Source of the DNA: Patescibacteria group bacterium
Lineage (GTDB): Bacteria; Patescibacteriota; Patescibacteriia; Magasanikbacterales; JBBTQS01
Direction: 5' to 3'
DNA: 64,000 nucleotides
NCBI GenBank assembly: GCA_038065555.1
Contig: JBBTQS010000004.1
Location: 65 to 64,064 of the forward strand
Shown piece after piece: positions 45,686 to 55,313 of this stretch (the first letter of the stretch is position 1; the number at the start of each line of letters is the position of its first letter). The position numbers and the translations under genes are program-made. Below the pieces are notes generated by a model. The model was not told the origin of the DNA. It saw nothing but the letters and a program-made list of their open reading frames with translations, and searched no databases.

Positions 45686-47553
45686 TGCGCTCTTTCCTTG
45701 CAATAATCATCGGCCTTGCGATCTTTCTCCCTGCGTCCACACACGCAGCAGTCAAATGCACCGTAACTGAGGACTGCAATCCAGGCACGACCAACACAAT
45801 GTGCGTGTACACGAAGTTCGACCCTGCTTCCAAGCAGTTCGACACCGCAAGTGGCATGTGTCTCTCAGGGTCCGCAGTCAGCAGCATGCCTGATTGCGAT
45901 TTTGCTGGCATACAAATCTGCTCAACACAAAAAGCAAGCACCTGCGTTGGTATTATCTCCCAAGTAGGCAAGCAGCCAGCGAGTGGCGACACCGCATGTC
46001 TGCCTACAGAACTCATCATCGTTACCGACACCGCTGAAAAACTCCAACAAAACTCTGCTGCCGCCCAAGAAACAATCCTCGCAGCAACCATCAACTACGA
46101 ACAGGAGAAAGAGGCAATCGAAGCAACGTATCAATCGGTCGTCACCAATCCCCAAGCAACAGAACAACAAAAAATTGACGCACTCGTCGCACGCGAACAA
46201 GCGCTCAAGAACGCTGCGATCGAACACAGTGTCGTTATTGGAGCCATTTCCAAAACACTCAAGGAATCGACTGACGCAGCACTGAGCGAAGGTGCACTCG
46301 CTGTAGCTGGCGCAACGCAGCCAACCTCAGACTTGCCACTTCCTGCAACACTCAACGTGCCTATCCCAGGCGTAGTGTTCAGCAACCCAGCAGATATTGC
46401 AGGACGTGACGACGCTGGTGGGCGACTGAGTATCCCCTATATCGGACAATACATTGCTGGTGTCTTCCAATACTCACTCTACGTACTCGCAGGGCTCGCA
46501 GTGTTTGTAATCATATTCGCTGGCGTGCGCTGGATCCTCGCGCGTGGAAATGCATCGGAAATCAAAGATGCGAAGGAAATGATCACCGGATCGTTCATCG
46601 GCCTCATGATCGCATTGCTTTCCTACAGCATGTTGCAAATTATTGATCCTCGGCTCACAACACTCTCCCCCATAGGCCTCGCGCAAATTGAAGCAACTGA
46701 ATTCAAGTTCGAGCTCTCCGCACAAGTCTACCAACAAGTCACTGGCGGCAAACCACTCGATCTCTCCTCTGGTGGGAGAGCACAAAACGCTGCAACAGCA
46801 GCAACGGCAGCGCAAAACCTCGGCATACCACCTTGCCTTGCACAGGTTATCGTAAAACATGAATCAGGTGGCAACCCCGCAGTCATTGGACACGACGAGA
46901 ACTACTGCGGCCCTAACTATGTTGGCTCACGCTTCGCCTTCCTTCGCACAGAAAAAACATACAAAGGCGTTGCATTCGAGAGCACTATCCCATCCCTCAT
47001 TCCACCGTCCTCCGACAAGAGCCCGCAAGCCAAGGCTCTGCGCAAAAAAATCAGTTGTGAATCACACAAGAACGACGATGGCGGCAAGAATATCGATGCT
47101 ACCACATTTGTTCCACCTGATTTTGGACTGGACTGGAGATTTACCCACGGCTTTGGGTTGGGACAGGTAACATTTGGAGATGGACACTACTGCAATGTGA
47201 ACGGTCAACAAGTACGCGGTATCAAGATCAAAGGACTTAATAATCGCTGTGTCACGGTGCCAGAATTGATTTCCGTGGACACCGCAGTCGAAGCTATGGC
47301 TGGCCGCCTCCTCTCGTGGTATAAAAAGGCTGGTGGCGTACCAGGCACTCCGCAGAACCAAGTACCAGAATCAGTCATTCGCCTCACCTTCGCGCACTAT
47401 GGCAAAGGTAACGACCCAGGAGATCTCTATCGAGACTCCGTGAATGGTCGCGTCAAACACTATCTCGAATGTGTCAAAGGAACAGGCTCAAGCGCTCCTG
47501 AGACCTCAACGGGCGAAAAACTTTCTGACGGATTGCCCGCTGCCGAAGAATAA
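45682..47553 (+). CDS. TrbC/VirB2-pilin-like membrane module fused to lytic-transglycosylase-like domain
   Basis: Same pilin-like module; KHESGGNP, FGLGQV, AHYGKG lysozyme-like motifs; Cys-rich N-terminus. Confidence 0.75.
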   Translation: MMRSFLAIIIGLAIFLPASTHAAVKCTVTEDCNPGTTNTMCVYTKFDPASKQFDTASGMCLSGSAVSSMPDCDFAGIQICSTQKASTCVGIISQVGKQPASGDTACLPTELIIVTDTAEKLQQNSAAAQETILAATINYEQEKEAIEATYQSVVTNPQATEQQKIDALVAREQALKNAAIEHSVVIGAISKTLKESTDAALSEGALAVAGATQPTSDLPLPATLNVPIPGVVFSNPADIAGRDDAGGRLSIPYIGQYIAGVFQYSLYVLAGLAVFVIIFAGVRWILARGNASEIKDAKEMITGSFIGLMIALLSYSMLQIIDPRLTTLSPIGLAQIEATEFKFELSAQVYQQVTGGKPLDLSSGGRAQNAATAATAAQNLGIPPCLAQVIVKHESGGNPAVIGHDENYCGPNYVGSRFAFLRTEKTYKGVAFESTIPSLIPPSSDKSPQAKALRKKISCESHKNDDGGKNIDATTFVPPDFGLDWRFTHGFGLGQVTFGDGHYCNVNGQQVRGIKIKGLNNRCVTVPELISVDTAVEAMAGRLLSWYKKAGGVPGTPQNQVPESVIRLTFAHYGKGNDPGDLYRDSVNGRVKHYLECVKGTGSSAPETSTGEKLSDGLPAAEE

Positions 47554-47564
47554 TCTCTCTCGGT

Positions 47565-48929
47565 ATGAAAACTCCTTCTCGCGTATACACGTGTAGCAAC
47601 TGCGACGCGCAATCTTCGAAATGGTCTGGCCGCTGTGAACAGTGCGGTAAGTGGGGCACAATCGATCCCGAAGGATCCATGCCCACAGCCGCAGCAAAAG
47701 CTGGCGCCAACATCAATGCTCCTGCGCGCACTCCGGTATCACTCGCATCTGTTGATCCCAATCGCGCCGCACCAGAGCGCATCCGTACGGCTATCGTTCC
47801 TGTTGACGCGGTGCTGGGCGGCGGATTCGTCCCCGGCTCTCTTGTGCTCCTTGGTGGTGACCCCGGCGTAGGCAAATCTACGCTCTCGCTCCACGTAGCG
47901 TCACACGTTCCACGCACACTCTACGTCTCAGGTGAAGAATCCATCGAGCAAGTGCGTCTGCGCGCTCTGCGCCTCGATAGCAACGACGTACTCGCCCTGC
48001 ACGAAACCAACTGTGACACGATTCTCACAACACTCATCAAGGAAAAACCGGCACTCGCCATCATCGACTCCATCCAGACCATCACCACAGCATCTGCAGA
48101 AGGTGGCGCAGGATCAGTCGGCCAAATCCGCGCGTGCACAACACAACTCCTCCACGTTGCAAAACAGCACAACATTGCAGTACTCCTCATCGGACACGTA
48201 ACAAAGGATGGTTCTGTGGCTGGCCCAAAGACACTCGAGCACCTTGTTGACGCCGTACTCTATCTCGAAGGCGACGATCAGCATTCCATGCGCATTCTGC
48301 GCGCCGTGAAGAACCGATTCGGCTCTACAGACGAGATCGGGATTTTCTCTATGGACGCAAATGGTCTCACGCCGACCAATGCGGCATCGAGCGCCTTCCT
48401 CTCCCCTGACCGCGTACATGTTCCAGGATCTATTGTGACTGTGCTCATGGATGGCAAACAACCTCTGCTCGTCGAAGTCCAAGCACTCACCACGCGCACT
48501 ACATTTGGCTATCCACAACGCCGTGCAAGCGGGTTCGACCTCAATCGCCTCCAAGTACTCATCGCAGTACTCACGACGCGCGCGGGGCTCCCGCTAGGAC
48601 AATATGATGTATTCGTGAATGTTGTTGGTGGAGTGAAGGTAACAGAGCCTGGCGCAGATCTAGCCATTGCTGCAGCCATCGTGAGCAGTATGCGCAATGT
48701 AGCGTGGTCTGCAGGCACTGTCGCCTTTGGCGAAGTGGGACTTGGTGGAGAGGTTCGTCCTGTTCGTGCGCTCGATCGTCGCGTACAAGAATCACTCATC
48801 CTCGGATTCTCCACCTGTATCACTCCCAAATTCCCTGGCGCAACTACGGCAACAGTCACCACGGTGCGTGATCTCGTTGGCGTACTTGATGCACGCACAT
48901 CCTCCGAGGCACAAGAGGCATTCGAATAG
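47565..48929 (+). CDS. radA: DNA repair protein RadA/Sms
   Basis: C4 Zn finger, GDPGVGKST, IDSIQT, KNRFG, GEVGLGGEVR. Confidence 0.98.
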   Translation: MKTPSRVYTCSNCDAQSSKWSGRCEQCGKWGTIDPEGSMPTAAAKAGANINAPARTPVSLASVDPNRAAPERIRTAIVPVDAVLGGGFVPGSLVLLGGDPGVGKSTLSLHVASHVPRTLYVSGEESIEQVRLRALRLDSNDVLALHETNCDTILTTLIKEKPALAIIDSIQTITTASAEGGAGSVGQIRACTTQLLHVAKQHNIAVLLIGHVTKDGSVAGPKTLEHLVDAVLYLEGDDQHSMRILRAVKNRFGSTDEIGIFSMDANGLTPTNAASSAFLSPDRVHVPGSIVTVLMDGKQPLLVEVQALTTRTTFGYPQRRASGFDLNRLQVLIAVLTTRAGLPLGQYDVFVNVVGGVKVTEPGADLAIAAAIVSSMRNVAWSAGTVAFGEVGLGGEVRPVRALDRRVQESLILGFSTCITPKFPGATTATVTTVRDLVGVLDARTSSEAQEAFE

Positions 48930-48944
48930 CAATACAAAAAAGAA

Positions 48945-48978
48945 AGTCGAGTAGATTGCAGTTGCAATATACTCGACT
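48945..48978 (-). terminator. Terminator between radA and convergent ORFan
   Basis: AGTCGAGTA...TACTCGACT stem with T-run on minus strand. Confidence 0.65.
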
Positions 48979-49022
48979 AAGCGACGATCGGCCGCGTCCT
49001 TGCGACGCGTTGTTGGCGTTGA

Positions 49023-49286
49023 TCACCGCCGAGCGATCACACCGACCGCGACCCGCGCGCTGACCGGCTGTACGACCGGCGCGCGCAACCGCACGATGAG
49101 GTGGCTCTTGACGATATGTGCGCGACAGAGCGTCGCGCCAGGTGGGAGTGTGCACAGGCACTCTGTGCATCCGGGCCACGCGCACCGGCCGTCCGGTCGA
49201 CGTTCGAACGTCGTCGGGACCTGTACGCGATCGAGTCGAACGGGAGAACAACAACTGCAACCAGGCACCTCGTGATTTTTGTACAT
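49023..49286 (-). CDS. Small Cys-rich (Zn-finger-like) protein
   Basis: CSCC and CAWPGC..C....LCRAH; AAGGAG SD; promoter TTGACA-N17-TATGGT (49357-49329). Confidence 0.6.
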   Translation of the reverse strand: MYKNHEVPGCSCCSPVRLDRVQVPTTFERRPDGRCAWPGCTECLCTLPPGATLCRAHIVKSHLIVRLRAPVVQPVSARVAVGVIARR

Positions 49287-49362
49287 CAGACGCTCCTTCT
49301 CGCGATACGTTACTCGCGATTGCCTAGCACCATAGCACATTTCAGCGCATTTGTCAACACAC

Positions 49363-51429
49363 TTACTCTAAGTGCGCTGCATGCACATTGCGTGTGCGTC
49401 CATACCACAACGTATCGAGCACCTTTGTGACCTCTCCACTCTCTCCAACAAGCGCTTGTGCAATAACAGAACCGCGCTCCAAGAGCGGCGTGTCGGCAAC
49501 CGACGCAACAGTGAATGCGCTATCCCCTGATTGCATATCACCAAAGAGGTCGCCCGGACCGCGAGTATCGAGATCATACTGCGCCAGCACAAACCCATCA
49601 GTGCATCCTGCGAAGAAATCCAGCCGAGCACGCGCAGCCTGTGATGCATTCTCACTCGAAACAAAACAATACGACTGCGCCTCTCCACGACCCACGCGTC
49701 CGCGCAACTGATGCAGTTGGGCAAGGCCGAACCGATGCGCCTCCTCAATGACCATGCAACTCGCATTCGGAATATCTACTCCTACTTCGATGACGGTCGT
49801 TGTCACCAAGAGCATTGTTTCGCGTGCTGCAAAGGCGCGCATCACTTCTTGTTTTTCTTTTGCTTTGAGTTTGCCATGCAGTAATCCCATGGGGATATCT
49901 GTGAACACCTCGGCGCGCAGACGCTCCCACTCTTGGGTTACAGACTTCATCCCAGACGTATCTGCAGCATCAATAGCTGGACACAATACGAACACCTGCC
50001 GCCCAGCCGCAATCTCGCGACGCAGAAATGCATACATCTTCTGTCGTGTGGCACTATCTGCAACAACATGTGTCTTGATCGGTTTGCGCCCCGCAGGTTT
50101 GCTATGCATCGTGGAGATATCGAGATCGCCGTACAACATGAGCGCATACGTACGCGGAATTGGCGTTGCTGTGAGAGACAAGAAATGCGCGCTACCAGTA
50201 CGACTTCCACGATCAAGGAGCGCCTGCCGCTGACGCACACCGAACCGATGCTGCTCATCAACAATAACGAGACCCAACCCTGGCACCGAGAGATCTTCTT
50301 CTATGAGCGCGTGCGTACCCACCACTAATTCATATTTCCCCTCTGCAATCTCCTGCTTGATGCGTTGTTTGTGCTTGGTGCTCCCTGTAAGCAACGCCAT
50401 ACGCACCGGCAATCCATCGAAAAGCCGTGTCAGCGTGCGTGCATGCTGCTCGGCAAGCACTTCCGTAGGCACCATCATGAGTGTTTGGTTGTGATTGAGC
50501 GCCGCGTGCCATGCGGCCGCAGCAGCAACCGCAGTCTTGCCCGATCCCACATCTCCCTGAATCAACCGACGCATAGGATGTGACTCTGCAGTGTCCTGAA
50601 TAATTTTCCAAATCACTTTTTTCTGATCATCAGTGAGTGTGAATGGCAACTGCCCCACAAATCGCTGCATCTCATGTTCAAAAAAATGAAAATCAGGCGC
50701 TGTACTCTTCTTGCGTGTTGCCCGCGCACCAGCCGAGACCACAAGCATCGGCATGATTTCCTCCAATGCGATGCGACGACGCGCGCTCGTGATGTCTTCG
50801 TAGCTGGTCGGCGCATGCAATAGGTGCAATGCCTGCCCCAATGGCACTACATCTGCTTGAGTACGCAACGCCGGTGTGAGCCAATCATGTTGTTGCGTAC
50901 AAAGAGGTAACACCTGCGCGATAAGTGATCGGATGTGACGCACGGTGAGCCCTGCAGTCGTAGAATAGACAGGAACAAGTCTCCCGGTGTGCGTACGCGG
51001 CGCATCAGGTGCTGCCACACGCTCATACTGTGCACCACTGAAGACCAACCCAATGCCATCGAGTTTCACTTCACCCGCAAGCGCGATCGTATCACCTTGC
51101 TTGATCGTCTTCCCGATGAATGGTTGATTGAACCACATCGCGCGCACCGTACCCGTACCATCATCAATAATCGCCTCGGTCACCATCTTGTGCGTGCGCC
51201 ACGACCGACGATTCGTAATCATACTCACCACACCCTGCACAGTCGCTGTCACACCTTCGGTCAACTCCTGCACCGTGACACTCTTCTGAAAATCGTCGTA
51301 CCGAAATGGCACGTGCCACAATAATTCCTCCACTGTAGTGAGGTTCAGGATTGCGAGACGCTTTGCCAACAGCTCTGTAACGCCGCGCAACGCCGTGATA
51401 GGGCTTCGGAGGTTCAATGGGGCTGCCAT
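49363..51429 (-). CDS. recG: ATP-dependent DNA helicase RecG
   Basis: QGDVGSGKT, DEQHRFG, TATPIPRT, QLHQLRGRVGR, RGPGD. Confidence 0.98.
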   Translation of the reverse strand: MAAPLNLRSPITALRGVTELLAKRLAILNLTTVEELLWHVPFRYDDFQKSVTVQELTEGVTATVQGVVSMITNRRSWRTHKMVTEAIIDDGTGTVRAMWFNQPFIGKTIKQGDTIALAGEVKLDGIGLVFSGAQYERVAAPDAPRTHTGRLVPVYSTTAGLTVRHIRSLIAQVLPLCTQQHDWLTPALRTQADVVPLGQALHLLHAPTSYEDITSARRRIALEEIMPMLVVSAGARATRKKSTAPDFHFFEHEMQRFVGQLPFTLTDDQKKVIWKIIQDTAESHPMRRLIQGDVGSGKTAVAAAAAWHAALNHNQTLMMVPTEVLAEQHARTLTRLFDGLPVRMALLTGSTKHKQRIKQEIAEGKYELVVGTHALIEEDLSVPGLGLVIVDEQHRFGVRQRQALLDRGSRTGSAHFLSLTATPIPRTYALMLYGDLDISTMHSKPAGRKPIKTHVVADSATRQKMYAFLRREIAAGRQVFVLCPAIDAADTSGMKSVTQEWERLRAEVFTDIPMGLLHGKLKAKEKQEVMRAFAARETMLLVTTTVIEVGVDIPNASCMVIEEAHRFGLAQLHQLRGRVGRGEAQSYCFVSSENASQAARARLDFFAGCTDGFVLAQYDLDTRGPGDLFGDMQSGDSAFTVASVADTPLLERGSVIAQALVGESGEVTKVLDTLWYGRTRNVHAAHLE

Positions 51430-51460
51430 ACCCGGGTATTCTACCGCAGACCGCAAGGTA

Positions 51461-51489
51461 TTGACTATGGAACGGGCTATCGGTATACT
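51461..51489 (+). promoter_or_regulatory. tRNA-Arg promoter
   Basis: TTGACT-N17-TATACT. Confidence 0.75.
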
Positions 51490-51508
51490 CCCCCCGTAGC
51501 AAGAAAAA

Positions 51509-51580
51509 GCTCTCGTCGTTCAATGGATAGGACACTAGCTTGCGGAGCTAGTAATCTAAGTTCGATTCTTAGCGAGAGCA
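51509..51580 (+). tRNA. tRNA-Arg (GCG)
   Basis: GCTCTCG/CGAGAGC acceptor stem, anticodon arm CTAGC-TT-GCG-GA-GCTAG, TTCGATT loop; CCA not encoded. Confidence 0.93.
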
Positions 51581-51737
51581 CATTTTCCATAGATTGTACC
51601 CATATACCGTCGAACCCCTAGGGGTTTCGCGTGATCTTGTTATACTTGACGCTCGTACAAAAACACGATACGTTGCAAGCGCTATCTGGATAGTGTGTCC
51701 AGATATACTCTCGAACCTGAGCAAGGAGGGTAGCACC

Positions 51738-52118
51738 ATGAGCACTCAGACGGTTCTCGATCCAGAGCGCGTGGACGCCATCTTCACAGAATGCCTCATA
51801 CGTGCCGACGAGGATTCAAGCAGTTGCGTCACGATCGATGGCATAGATGTGAGGGTAGTGTTCCACCCCGAACGTCTCCAAGAACACAAGGATGAGATCG
51901 TGGCAATGCTCGATGAGCTCCCTGAGGAGTTCAAGCGGTCCGGTGGGTCGTTTCTCAATGCGTGCAACGACAGACACAACAACCAGTGGACGAGCCTCCA
52001 CCGACAAATGGAGGCACTCTTCCTACTCGGCATCGGAATCAACAGGGTCCAATACCTGTTACCCAGAGAGGAGTGGCAGTTCCTGCTGGGTGGAATGCCG
52101 TTTCTCGTAATCAACTGA
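51738..52118 (+). CDS. Hypothetical protein, possibly phage-related
   Basis: AAGGAGG SD; GGSFLNAC.D....QWT..H..ME.LF.LG...W..L.GGMP pattern recalled from phage hypothetical proteins. Confidence 0.7.
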   Translation: MSTQTVLDPERVDAIFTECLIRADEDSSSCVTIDGIDVRVVFHPERLQEHKDEIVAMLDELPEEFKRSGGSFLNACNDRHNNQWTSLHRQMEALFLLGIGINRVQYLLPREEWQFLLGGMPFLVIN

Positions 52119-52134
52119 CACACAGGAGATCTCC

Positions 52135-52398
52135 ATGCCTTCGCAAGGCCACATTGATCGCGTTGCTCCTCCGGGGCAGTTCCGAGTCCTCGTCCGGGAC
52201 ATTTCGCCAACAACTCCACCACAGCGTGGTGCGAAGCCAGTCCCCAACACCGACGGCCCCAACTGGAGAGGTGGAGACTTCAAGACGTTCGATGGAGCAA
52301 GCCGCTACATCAACGTCAACGGGGCTGGCAAACCCCATCTCGTGATGGTCATCTACAACGACGCGGGCGAAGAAGTCCCGCGCGAACAACGCAGCTGA
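52135..52398 (+). CDS. Small hypothetical protein
   Basis: AGGAG SD; terminator 52420-52452 follows. Confidence 0.65.
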   Translation: MPSQGHIDRVAPPGQFRVLVRDISPTTPPQRGAKPVPNTDGPNWRGGDFKTFDGASRYINVNGAGKPHLVMVIYNDAGEEVPREQRS

Positions 52399-52463
52399 CT
52401 GGTACCAACCAGAACGCAGAACCCCGCAATGACGACACGTCGTTGCGGGGTTTCCAATTACAC

Positions 52464-52874
52464 TTATTTTTTCCTGCGCGCAACACTCACGAGTGCGAGG
52501 AGTATCACCACAAATGCGACCAGTCCCAGCAGCGGAATCGTCACAAACCCCATCATCTCCACACGCTCAGTGGTACAGCTCACCGCGCGAACACACAGTG
52601 CACGCGTATCAGGCAACAGGCCGAAATACAGCGCATTGTGATACAGCGAAATCAAGAATCCAACACCTGCCAGCGGCAACGCATACCACACCACTCCCCG
52701 ATCTCGCCGCACCAATCCAACACCAAGAATGATGACCAACGGAAAGAGCGCGATGCGCTGATACCAACACAATATACAAGGCGGGAGTCCCATGCCATAT
52801 TGCACGAATAGACTCCCAAGCATCGCAACAACACTCTGCACAAGCGCAATCCACACACCCACGCGTTGTGACAT
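52464..52874 (-). CDS. Disulfide bond formation protein, DsbB/BdbC family
   Basis: PCILCWYQR motif, 4 TM helices, second Cys pair. Confidence 0.93.
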   Translation of the reverse strand: MSQRVGVWIALVQSVVAMLGSLFVQYGMGLPPCILCWYQRIALFPLVIILGVGLVRRDRGVVWYALPLAGVGFLISLYHNALYFGLLPDTRALCVRAVSCTTERVEMMGFVTIPLLGLVAFVVILLALVSVARRKK

Positions 52875-52876
52875 AC

Positions 52877-53410
52877 CTAGATACCAATCCAGCGGCTGAA
52901 CCGATCAGTAAACGGCACGTGATAATCTTCGTTCTCGTCTTCGGGAATAAATTCAGAAAGCACTTCACGCACATCATCTACCGCATCTAACGAGATGGGT
53001 ACTGCAAATCGTGGACGCCATGCACCACGATAATCGAAGTAAATAAACGCCGGAGTCTTGTCATCCTCGCCACCAACTACCCAGAACCGACTCAACCGCG
53101 CATACGGAACCACGCGTTCGTCCAAAAACAAACCGCGAGCTGTAAGGCCAAATTGAATGGTCTTAGGCTCGCGGATTTCATGCATAACAATGATGGCTAC
53201 GAGCAACACCGTCAAAACGGCGAGGACGTAGTTGTGCACATAGATTGAGTAACCGATTGCACCCAACGAAATGAGGGTGATGAGTACATACCACATGCGA
53301 CCATGTGTGTACTTGTGATACTCAGGAATATCCCACTGCAAAATCGCAGCATCGCGGACATTCTCTTCTTCCGTTGGATCGAGCAATTCTTGGTCCTCCA
53401 TATGGACCAT
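52877..53410 (-). CDS. Two-TM protein with PH-like domain (DUF5673-like)
   Basis: LQWDIPEY..WY, two TMs, LTARGL...VPY..L..FW. Confidence 0.7.
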   Translation of the reverse strand: MVHMEDQELLDPTEEENVRDAAILQWDIPEYHKYTHGRMWYVLITLISLGAIGYSIYVHNYVLAVLTVLLVAIIVMHEIREPKTIQFGLTARGLFLDERVVPYARLSRFWVVGGEDDKTPAFIYFDYRGAWRPRFAVPISLDAVDDVREVLSEFIPEDENEDYHVPFTDRFSRWIGI

Positions 53411-53440
53411 AGTATACCAGAACTGCGCCCGAGTGTGCTA

Positions 53441-55252
53441 CTACTTGATGCCGAGCTGTGCGCGGCGAGCATCACCTTCGTCGAGAATGATCTTGCGGAT
53501 GCGCACGTTCTTCGGCGTAACTTCTACCCACTCGTCATCAGCAATGTATTCGAGTGCTGCTTCGAGATTCATTTCACGTGGCGTCTTGAAGTTGTCTGCA
53601 ACGCCGTCACCCTTGGAGCGCATGTTGCTGAGCTGCTTCATCTTGCACACGTTAATGCGCAAATCGTCATTACGGGAATACTGACCAACGACCATTCCCT
53701 TATATACCGAAATGGTTGGGCCGTAGAACAATGTTCCACGATCTTGTGCACCAATGAGACCATGCAATGTAGTAACACCTGTTTCGTGTGCAACCAATGA
53801 TCCCTGTTCGCGCTCATGCCACTTGCCTGGATCTGGCTGGTATCCATGGAACGCGGTATTGATGATGCCGAATCCTCGCGTGTCTGTAAGGAATTCTGTG
53901 CGGTATCCGAAGAGTCCACGAGTTGGAATAACGAACTCGAGGAACGTAATACCATTCTCCGTACGCATTTCACGCAATTCTCCGTAGCGGCTGCCGAGCT
54001 TCTGGATCACCGAGCCACCATAGGCTTCTGGAGTCTCCACAAATACTTGCTCGTATGGCGTCATGTTCACGCCGTCGATTGTCTTGTTGATCACGTGTGG
54101 ACGTGATACTTGGAATTCATATCCTTCGCGACGCATGCGCTCGATGAGAATCGAGAGATGCAATTCACCACGACCAGAAACAATCCAGTTATTTCCTTCA
54201 CCATCCACCACACGAAGCGCCATGTCATTCTCGAGCTCTCGGTAGAGACGCTCGCGAATCTGACGTGACGTTGTGAACTCACCTTCCTTACCAGCAAATG
54301 GCGAGTCATTCACCATGAACACCATTTTCACCGTTGGCTCTTCGATGGAGAGAAGTGGGAGTGCAACAGGCGTGTTCACGTCAGCAAGTGTTTCACCAAT
54401 AGTAACCTCTGGAATACCAGCAATTGCAACAATGTCACCAGCTTGTGCCTCAGTCACGTCGACGCGCTGGAGTCCTTCGAAGGACATGAGCGACACAATG
54501 CGCTGCTTCTTCATCACACCTTCACGGTTGATGTGCATGACATCCTGGTTGAGCTTGAGTACACCGTTGATTACACGACCTGTTGCGATGCGGCCCTTGT
54601 ACACGTCACCTGTTACCATCGTAATGTGCATCTGGAGTGGCTTGGTAATATCGCAACCAGGAGCTGGAATGTGCTTGAGAATTGCATCGAAGATCGGACT
54701 GATATCCGTCATCGTGTCGAGATTCTGCTCAAGTCCTGCCTTACCATTCTTCGCCGAGGCGAACACGACTGGGAAATCTGCGATCTCGTCATTTGCACCG
54801 AGCTCGAGGAAGAGTTCGAGTGTTTTGTCGAGTACGTAGTTGATGCGTGCGTCTGGTTTGTCGATCTTGTTGACAACAACCACAACGCGCAATCCCATCT
54901 TGAGCGCTTTCTTGAGCACGAAGCGTGTCTGTGGCATCGGACCTTCCTTCGCGTCCACGAGCAAGAGACAGCCGTCAGCCATCGTCAATACGCGCTCTAC
55001 TTCACCACCGAAGTCTGCGTGACCTGGTGTGTCAATGATGTTGATCTTCGCACCATTCCACTGCACCGAAGCATTTTTGGAAAAAATCGTAATACCGCGT
55101 TCCTTTTCAAGATCATTGTTGTCCATGATGAGATCCTTGCCCTCGGTTTCCTTGGTGAGCTTGGTCTTGGACTGACGCAGCAATGCATCCACGAGCGTGG
55201 TTTTGCCGTGGTCTACGTGAGCGATGATTGCGACGTTGCGGATTTCTGCCAT
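53441..55252 (-). CDS. typA: Translational GTPase TypA/BipA
   Basis: [46 protein letters not shown]. Confidence 0.98.
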   Translation of the reverse strand: MAEIRNVAIIAHVDHGKTTLVDALLRQSKTKLTKETEGKDLIMDNNDLEKERGITIFSKNASVQWNGAKINIIDTPGHADFGGEVERVLTMADGCLLLVDAKEGPMPQTRFVLKKALKMGLRVVVVVNKIDKPDARINYVLDKTLELFLELGANDEIADFPVVFASAKNGKAGLEQNLDTMTDISPIFDAILKHIPAPGCDITKPLQMHITMVTGDVYKGRIATGRVINGVLKLNQDVMHINREGVMKKQRIVSLMSFEGLQRVDVTEAQAGDIVAIAGIPEVTIGETLADVNTPVALPLLSIEEPTVKMVFMVNDSPFAGKEGEFTTSRQIRERLYRELENDMALRVVDGEGNNWIVSGRGELHLSILIERMRREGYEFQVSRPHVINKTIDGVNMTPYEQVFVETPEAYGGSVIQKLGSRYGELREMRTENGITFLEFVIPTRGLFGYRTEFLTDTRGFGIINTAFHGYQPDPGKWHEREQGSLVAHETGVTTLHGLIGAQDRGTLFYGPTISVYKGMVVGQYSRNDDLRINVCKMKQLSNMRSKGDGVADNFKTPREMNLEAALEYIADDEWVEVTPKNVRIRKIILDEGDARRAQLGIK

Positions 55253-55313
55253 ACGATTGATATATACAAAAGGCGCCATTAGCGCCTCACAGTGGCAGCA
55301 CTATAGCAATTTT

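Noticed and set aside
51581-52460. Prophage integrated at tRNA-Arg
   Set aside because: Only two small ORFs, no integrase, structural genes or att duplication
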